DNA of 64,000 bases from Massalongia carnosa. Lineage: Eukaryota. Position 1 is the first letter of the stretch. Every line of letters starts with the position of its first letter. This document shows positions 56,395 through 64,000 of the stretch, one piece after another. Location of the stretch: NCBI GenBank assembly GCA_965645245.1, contig OZ287070.1, positions 2,418,001-2,482,000 of the forward strand. Reading direction: 5' to 3'. The notes beneath the pieces were generated by a model, which was not told the DNA's origin, ran no database searches, and saw only the letters and a list, made by a program, of their open reading frames with translations. A program made the translations under genes and the position numbers.

Positions 56395-59300
56395 ATCGAA
56401 ATCAAGAATTAAAAACTCATATAAGCAAAAGACGAATCCGCTGCTGTGGGAGACATCATAAAAGATTCATCATACGATTAGAGTTTCTGTTAACTTTTCA
56501 TCATGAACAAGCTTTCCCTCAGGTCGAAGCACTCGGATAGGCGCCAATTATTCCATTCGGGACAAATATTCAGGACGCTTTGCCTGGCTAAGGACTTATC
56601 TAGTAGAGATATCATATAATTGCATTTCCCACTTGAACAGCATTTGAGACTTTTTTCTGCGAGAAGTTCCAATGCAGTATCTAGCTAAAAGGAAGCTGAG
56701 ATATTCTTGATTTCTGGAGAAGATACGGACATCTTACTAGAGAGGACAGATCAAGCTGTTCGGTGAATTCTGAAGTTTAAGGATAGTATTTTTTTTTAAT
56801 CGTTTTGTAGGTCACAAGGTGCACGATGATGTAACTGTCTTTCCTAAACCCATTTCGTCTGCTCTCTCCAAGCACGAACCCCCTCCGCATATTGAGTGGA
56901 ACTGTAAGACTCTTTAACTATAAATAGCCTCAGAGAATTCTTTGTGCGCCGAGAGCTTAAAGCCATAAATTTATAAAATCGGCCGTAACTTCCGCAATAT
57001 GAAATCCGGAGGCATTACCCAATTTCAACGAAGCTGATTGCCCATTCCCATCTATATAAATATAATACGTATCAAGCCGATTCTCCTTATAGAAATAATT
57101 AACTGTAGCTTATAGGAATCGCTTTGCGATTCACAAGATGAGCATTATCTATCAGTATGCTCAGGCTGCTGGGGGAACTACTTCCCATTTGGGAACTGAC
57201 TGTTTAGTGGAAGAAAGTAGAAGGTCCTCCGACGATAGAACTGCTAATTTTTTGGATGGAATTCAATAACGGGGTTAATTTGTGGTATGTAAGGAAGATT
57301 TTTTATTCTGTAGGTAAAATAGACCATTTTAACCTAGCAGTCAATGCCGGATAGGTATTAATAATAACAAGATGGTAGGTGCGAACCCTCTAGGGCGATC
57401 TTTTTTATTTTTGCAGTTCATCCATCTTAGAAATCGAATCATCTAAAGTTCTCTTGTACGGGCTTTTTGAAAATGACATGAGATCGTAATTGGAAACGGG
57501 CAAAAGGTAGCTCCGGTTTATAGGTTTAGGTTATATAGAAGAGCGAACTTGAAACAACGTAAGTTTAGGAGTAGAATGATGTTGCAAATAGAAACATGAG
57601 AGCTTTCAAGAAATCACGAATGAGGGGTTCAGCGGAAAGGAAATGGGTACGAAAAGGAGGGGTTTTTTTGGTTCTCCTCATTACGTATATATTGAGCTAT
57701 TCCTTGCAACCGTAATTCGATATGGTGGAATTTATATTAACCTATTACTTGGGCTTTAGGTAATGAGTGGAGGAGAAAGTAATGAAAGCCAGGGTAGATT
57801 GAGTTTAAGCAAGAATTACTAGTTCTAATAGTAAATTAGTCTGCTTTTGTCAATAGTAATTTTAGTTTTGAGAGTGAGAAAGTAACAACAGTGACAAGAT
57901 AGAAAATTCATAAGTGCTCCGGATAGGAAAGACTGAGTAATAGAAACAAAAATTTCCTGTTGGATACGTTCTTGCGTGTTTGGCATCGAAGCATGCTTGA
58001 ATCTCGCGGTCTTGCTGGACTTGGCACATTTCTGTCGGGCTGCAGAAATGACAAAATTCCGACTACACGTGGGTCGACTGTGGATGGGATGTTTACTGAA
58101 ATAATTTGATTTTGTGACGAGTTTCACCAGAGGGACAAGTCTTTTTGTATATGGGATATCTTTTTTCGTGACACTGAATGAAAGCGAAGCATAGAGAATG
58201 GGAGCTTCCCTAGACGCTCCATCTTTCTCCTGAAACTAGGCGAGAACAAGGCTTCATCCATTCATGAAAGTATCGATATAAAAGTTCCTTTGGGCTGGGG
58301 TTTGTGAAATTGCGGATTTAGGGCCAGCAACTATCAGCGATAGGAGGGTGAGATGAGATGCACGGTATCGAGAAGTAGACTCGGGAAGCCAGTTTGTCAC
58401 ACCGAGATAACAGGATGATTTTTCGTCGTGGAAAGGAAAACTCTGCACTGAATATAAAGACAGGAGAAAAGAACAAAAAAGGGATCACATGACCTACGTC
58501 TATGCCTGGAATAACTGCTATAAGCAGTCACCTCCGTACATTATGCAGTCAAAGTGCTACTTCGCATTAACAAAGTCCTGTGCGGTTGATGTTACTGCCG
58601 AATTTTCTCTTAGCCTGAGGGTGTTAATCGTCTCGTTATCGCCTGGTTTATTTTCAACGATGTTTTCTGATAAATCAAGATTCGCGCAGGCTTTCGGATT
58701 TCAATAAAAGTAGGGTATGACATCGCCATTGTTAGTTGATAGTAAACGATCAGCACTATGACCTCACTTTTATGGAGAGCTGCTAAGACAAGCGAGAGAG
58801 ACTTCCCTCGTGCATATCTCGAGGCTCCGAAAATATACTGGAGCCTAACAGGAACTCAGAAGAACACAGCCCAGTTATATTTAAACAGAGCAAATAAAGG
58901 AGTATTCATATTTGAAGCCGTGAAGCTGAAACATGGAATTTTGTCCGAGTAATCTCGCGAAAGATAGATAGTATGATGAGAAACCTCCAAAAGCAAAAAG
59001 GATAAATAACACCACCACTTCACTTACTCCCGTCACTTGAGACGACACTGTCCCTTAAATAATATCTACCGGCCTGTATGCTCAATGTTTGAGCCCATCT
59101 TGGAGAGTTTTGGTAAGGTATGCAAGAGGCTGTAATCCACAGACCGAAGAAGAGAACTAAGGTCCATCATAACATATACTATAGCCCATAACTCTATTAC
59201 GGGTCCCGGGCTCTTTTCTCGGCATATATTATTAATATACGCTCATCTGCTTTCCTTCTAGAACGCTGACAGAGACGTAGTCCTTTGCATAAAACTTGGA

Positions 59301-61449
59301 CGTTATTTGCTCAGCTTCTTATTAGGTTTGTCCGAAACGTCATTATCCTTCAGATTAAGTAAAGCTCGGTGTATGATAGGCTAAGGGAGAAGATCGAGGA
59401 ACCGGGAGATGGGCGGGTGAGATTTATGACGTCGTTTCCTGGATCATTAGGTGTCATTGGTTCGCCGTAACTGGATTTGGCTGCTTCAGTTGATCTGCCT
59501 AGACACGAAACTTTTGGGTAGACTCTTCTCTGATGAGATGGTGATCGATGGCTCCACCATTGCTGCAGGGCTATAACGAGTACCAAAATTTGCTTCAGAA
59601 GACCAGAGAAATTGGCAGTTCTTCCAAATCTGATTTCTTTGGCTTCTTTTTGAGTTTATCCCGCTTGACTCCATCTTACTTACATGCCATAAGCTAGGAC
59701 TGTCCCATCACTTCGGAGCAGATAAGCTTGCTGTAAGTCTCGTTCAAGTCTCTCTTTCCCATGTTTTCATAGTGGATGATGACGCCACTCCGCGTGTTGA
59801 AACTTCTAGTGCAAACCTCGTACATTCGCTCAACGCAAGTTACTTGTAACGTTTCAGCATGCAAGCTTTCTCTTCATTTGCTCACCTGGCGCTTCGGCAT
59901 CTTTCTGATATATTTGATAGATAGAAAAACCGAAGTCGTTTCACATCTTCATGATATTGTCGAAAGACTTCAGCTTGGCGTGCATATTTTTTCTCTTGGT
60001 AAAACATCATTCGGACTCCGCATTCAGTACGATGTTACCTAGCGTTCCATCGGTTACAATGCGATAATATAAAAATCATTATGAAAAGACGCCATTTGGT
60101 AGACGTGCCAAGAAGAAGACAAGATCATATTTGAAGCGGTCATTGTCTTCGAAATGGAAGGTACGGGCTAGTCGCAAAAGACTAGCAACTTCTTCATTAC
60201 GCCCTCATTCCAAAGTTCAATAGTTAGGAGAAAAGGCTAAGTTAGCTTTACTGAGTAGGTAGACGGGTGAAATATACTTGTTTCATCAAAAAGCAATAAA
60301 ACGAAGTCCTTATGCAAAGAAATGAACAGTCAATTCAACCTGATTCAGAGAGCTCTTCCTTCAGCCACGTTTATATACTAGATGATCGTAAGATTGCCGA
60401 CGGATTTAAAAAGAGAAATCATGAACAAAGCATGAACAAAGCATGAAGAAGTGAGCGGTATCTGTCCTGAACTTGCGAAGAGCCATCCAGTGATCTTGTT
60501 ATAGGAGTAGAATATTGATGATGATGATAGGAAATCCATGCTTAAGAAGCTTTCTTGAGCTTTATTAAATTGGATTTTTCAGCAGAACGATTGTTCCAGC
60601 CCTTTGGCCCAGTCGAGCCTTCAAAAGCAAATGTCGAGAAGTACTGTGCCCATAAATACTTACCTGGGTCTCTAGAATAATACTTGTTGAAAAACTGAGT
60701 GCTGAGAAGCTGCTCTGAAGAACAGTTAAACCGAGAATGAAAACAGCAGTGAGAAATGGATCTGAGGAATTGAGGTTGAGTTTGGAGAATCTAAATCACA
60801 GCGGAAAGTGAAACTCCAACACAGAGGGCATTTAGAGGCTTCGAGTGCTGCGAGGCAGAAATAAGAGTTCTAAATTGATAGTGTCCAGAAGCAGCAGGAG
60901 TCTATAGATGATAAAGCTCTAAAAAAAATCTCCATCAGTTGAAACCAATGTCTGGCCTTTCTGAGCCAACCACGTACTTAGGTTTCTCAATACCAGCATG
61001 ACATAAGTTTCGATACGCAAGGATGTTGAATCTTGTTGCCCTGATTCCATATCTATGCTATTCTTCAAAGTGGCGGCCAATCTCTCATGGATTCGTTTGT
61101 ACAGCTACGTCCGCAAGCCTTTCATCTGGAGCTTAACTTTGCTGCCCCAATATGGAGGAATTTCTGGTCCTATCGTGCTTAATTCATCACCGACTTTCCC
61201 AGTACGTGACACTACTCTCCAAAGGTAAAAGATCCTGAGGATAAAAGTGGGTATTGTATTATTGGCGATAGAACTCTGTCTTTTCAAACTTCTGGTACAT
61301 TGTCAACAATAGAGTCTTAAGATTTCATTTGCTAAACCCAAATTAGTAGAATCCCTAGGCAACAAGGGCACGTAGTAGGCCACAATATTTGCCCTCGCCA
61401 CAGGCAGGTCAGTTGCAAATTTCTTGGCTAGTAAATGCCTTTTGCTTTT

Positions 61450-63120
61450 GTAACACACGGATTGCGTAGTACGTTGTTGGTATGTAATTACGTATTTTCT
61501 TCCCGAATTTGGAGTGTTCTCGCCTGTTGAAATTGTGCAGGTATGCTTGTACGAAAATCCTGTAATCGCCTTCCCCACTCCACAATTATATGGGAAAGCT
61601 CCATTCCCGCAAGTTGGTCGTGGACAGTGTAGTTTATCCACCCTCATCCACTCCCCGCATGAGCTTCACCGTAACCACGCACAACCCCCCTTATGGCCGG
61701 AGGTTGTTTGTTACTCTTGCTTCCGGCTTCTTAACTATCCGTGGTTATATATCTGATAGCCGGTCATCGGGCCACCATCAAAACGAGATCTCAAGAGATG
61801 AGTGGAAGCCATCCCGATCTATTAATATATGTAGCCCAGAACGAGTCATTTGAATCTGTCCGCTTGTTGGTGACGCACGAGAGAACCAGTGGATGAGATT
61901 CCAATGACAAATCGTTAAAAAGATCATCATCATCAACGTCGAGTGTGAGGTTGACGCGCTCATAGAGATATCGATAGATTCGGATCGAATGATGATCGAA
62001 TGTAAGTTTTAAAATCATTCGCGAACTGTGCGCACAACTCTTCAACGATCCACGCTTGTTCAAAGCTCCAATGGCAGCTCAAACCGGTATGAATCAGAGT
62101 CACCAGTTCTTCCGTATCTCTTCCTCTATGCTTCTTGCTGTAGCTATCATGACGCGAACCCCACCGTCATTATATACCGCAAATACTATCTATTTTTCCA
62201 GCGCATTTTGCTTCTCTTAAAGCGCTTGAACCAATTCAACGTCTGCCCTTTTCGGGTTCGCAGTATTAGGAACAGCAAAACCGGCATCTATAAATAGTTA
62301 TTCATCTTCTTCATCATAGGTTATTAGTTCCTCCGCAACGAGAATATTATTCTGCCTTGTATCTCGAAGATAGTTCCACATGAAGCTCATAACATGGAAT
62401 GATTGAAAAATTCTCGTTAACTGGGATTTTTTGGTCATAGGTCTTGGTTCTGGGAAAATTGTTGCTAAGAGGTTAAGAGTAGAAAAAAAGAGTTCCGGCC
62501 CGTTATATGGCAAAGAAAAACAAGGGAAAAGTATGATAATGATGCCCATAAGCAGCCTCTCTTGTGATGATACTGATATGTCACCAAGCTCAAGCTCCAC
62601 TCATACATACCGATCCTTGCAAAAATCTTGAGCAAGACCATCCAGCAGAAGACCTTCTTCAGCTGGGTCGATCCCAGCCTGACGAGCTCTTACGCTTCTC
62701 CGGAATGTAGGGTCTACGAGAATCCTCATTTTCAGAGCAACACCAACGACCAAATAACTTGGCGCCTTCATACGCAGCCTATAGAGTACGTGTATATAGA
62801 TATGAAACGAGTATGCTCCTGTAGCGATGCCTTGAATTTGTCGTGATGATTTTTCATCTATTCTTTGATTGTATCGAATCCAATGAGAGACTCCCGAGAA
62901 GTTTCTAATAGGTCTTTTCGTTCCATCTTGGTTAAGCCCTCGACCTCCAATGGAACTGGCTCGTAATCCGGTTTACGATACCATTGGATTTTAGTTTCCT
63001 CCGTTTCGAGTTTCTTCTGAGCTATGAATTTCTCTTTCCTCTTAGTTTGAAAGGCAACGCATTCAGAAATGTGCTCTCCCGGGTTCAAGTAAAAAAATGA
63101 AGGAAGCAAAGAAAGCACAA
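61450..63120 (-). pseudogene. Probable decayed protein-coding gene of unknown family
   Basis: One minus frame links ORFs 62298-62600 and 61791-62063. It runs ~62780-61430 with ~13 stops in ~450 codons and protein-like composition. No family recognised. Confidence 0.35.
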
Positions 63121-64000
63121 TAAAGCGGGCTTACCACATGAGCTGGGCTAGGCGCCTCTTCTCCGATGAGCTTCAGATTCCCTCAGCGCCCAATCGAAGC
63201 TCTCGTTTTCCCCAATTTCTCCAAAACACGCAGGCAGGTCTAACCTATACCGGGCTCGGGCACGCACCATCGCAACCAAACCACCAAATCAGACGGACTG
63301 ATTGTATCTCGCAAGTCCATTTTAAAGTAATCTCGGTTTCATCGAATAATTTGTATACTACGTCCATATTCGGGTTTAGATTCACTAGGATTAATCGGGC
63401 TGACTTGTCCATATGGTAGGCTTTGGCGCGTCTGCACGAATGGAAAGATCAGAGATTTGACGTGGAAGAATCATATCGACTAGCTTTCTGGATTAACGGT
63501 ACGGATCTAGTAGAGGAGGACCAGGGGTTTGATGAAAGTCGGTTTGTGCCGAACGAGCTGTTTTTTTATTGGTCAGGGAATATATCTCGCAACCTTCTTT
63601 TCCCTGAAGAATGGAACAGAATTGGGGTCTCCCGGTGGCTGGGCCTGCAATGCTCTGCTAGAATAGTACGAGTAATATCAATAGCGCTTGCCTTTTTCTC
63701 CTTCACTCCAATCGTTCATTGCTGGTTCTCAATTTGAAGAACCCAGGATCGTTGCTTGCCTTGTGATCTACCTGGTCAGCTGACCGGAGATCTCTTGTGC
63801 AGTTCAGTTGGATTCGATGACCATGGATAAATTGAGCACTTAGACCAGAGGGAGAAGAGAAATATAAAGCAAACTCATCTTGAGGTTGTCCGTTCATTCT
63901 CACTTAGACCATGATTCTCAATCCATATTTAGAAATCTGGCCTTTCTTGAGAATGACCTTCTGCATACATATCATCGCCAAAACCTTGCAGCAGCGTACA

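Noticed and set aside
60420..60446. 11-bp tandem duplication CATGAACAAAG x ~2.5
   Set aside because: Isolated slippage duplication with no associated structure.
51500..64000. Starship captain (tyrosine recombinase) or retroelement pol in the gene-free tract
   Set aside because: No recognisable catalytic motifs or termini found by eye; cannot be excluded without a translated profile search.

Overview
Eukaryotic DNA from a filamentous ascomycete (Pezizomycotina; many short GT..AG introns with CTRAC-type branch points). About 51 kb is a fairly ordinary gene-rich segment. It holds SIN3 (5' end probably upstream of the window, 38-Q tract), a DHA2-type MFS transporter, class I myosin, a Dal81/TamA-like Zn2Cys6 factor and a hexose transporter. 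It continues with a SAM methyltransferase, a divergent DHH/DHHA1 (RecJ-like) protein, a secreted tyrosinase, a ZRC1/COT1 zinc transporter, CDC1 and a PAS hybrid histidine kinase. The last ~12.5 kb has no recognisable intact gene. Three mobile elements can be delimited to the base. (1) A 1,714-bp DD34E Tc1-like element with 28-bp TIRs and a TA duplication. (2) A ~218-bp solo LTR (TGTTGAA...TTCAACA, AAAGG duplication). (3) Nested inside that LTR, an intact 1,328-bp DD37E Tc1/IS630-type element with ~96-bp TIRs. Element 3 is the most unusual feature: it ends in CAC...GTG and is flanked by a 5-bp direct repeat (CTAGG) rather than the TA expected for this superfamily. All family assignments come from motif recognition by eye; no database search was run.
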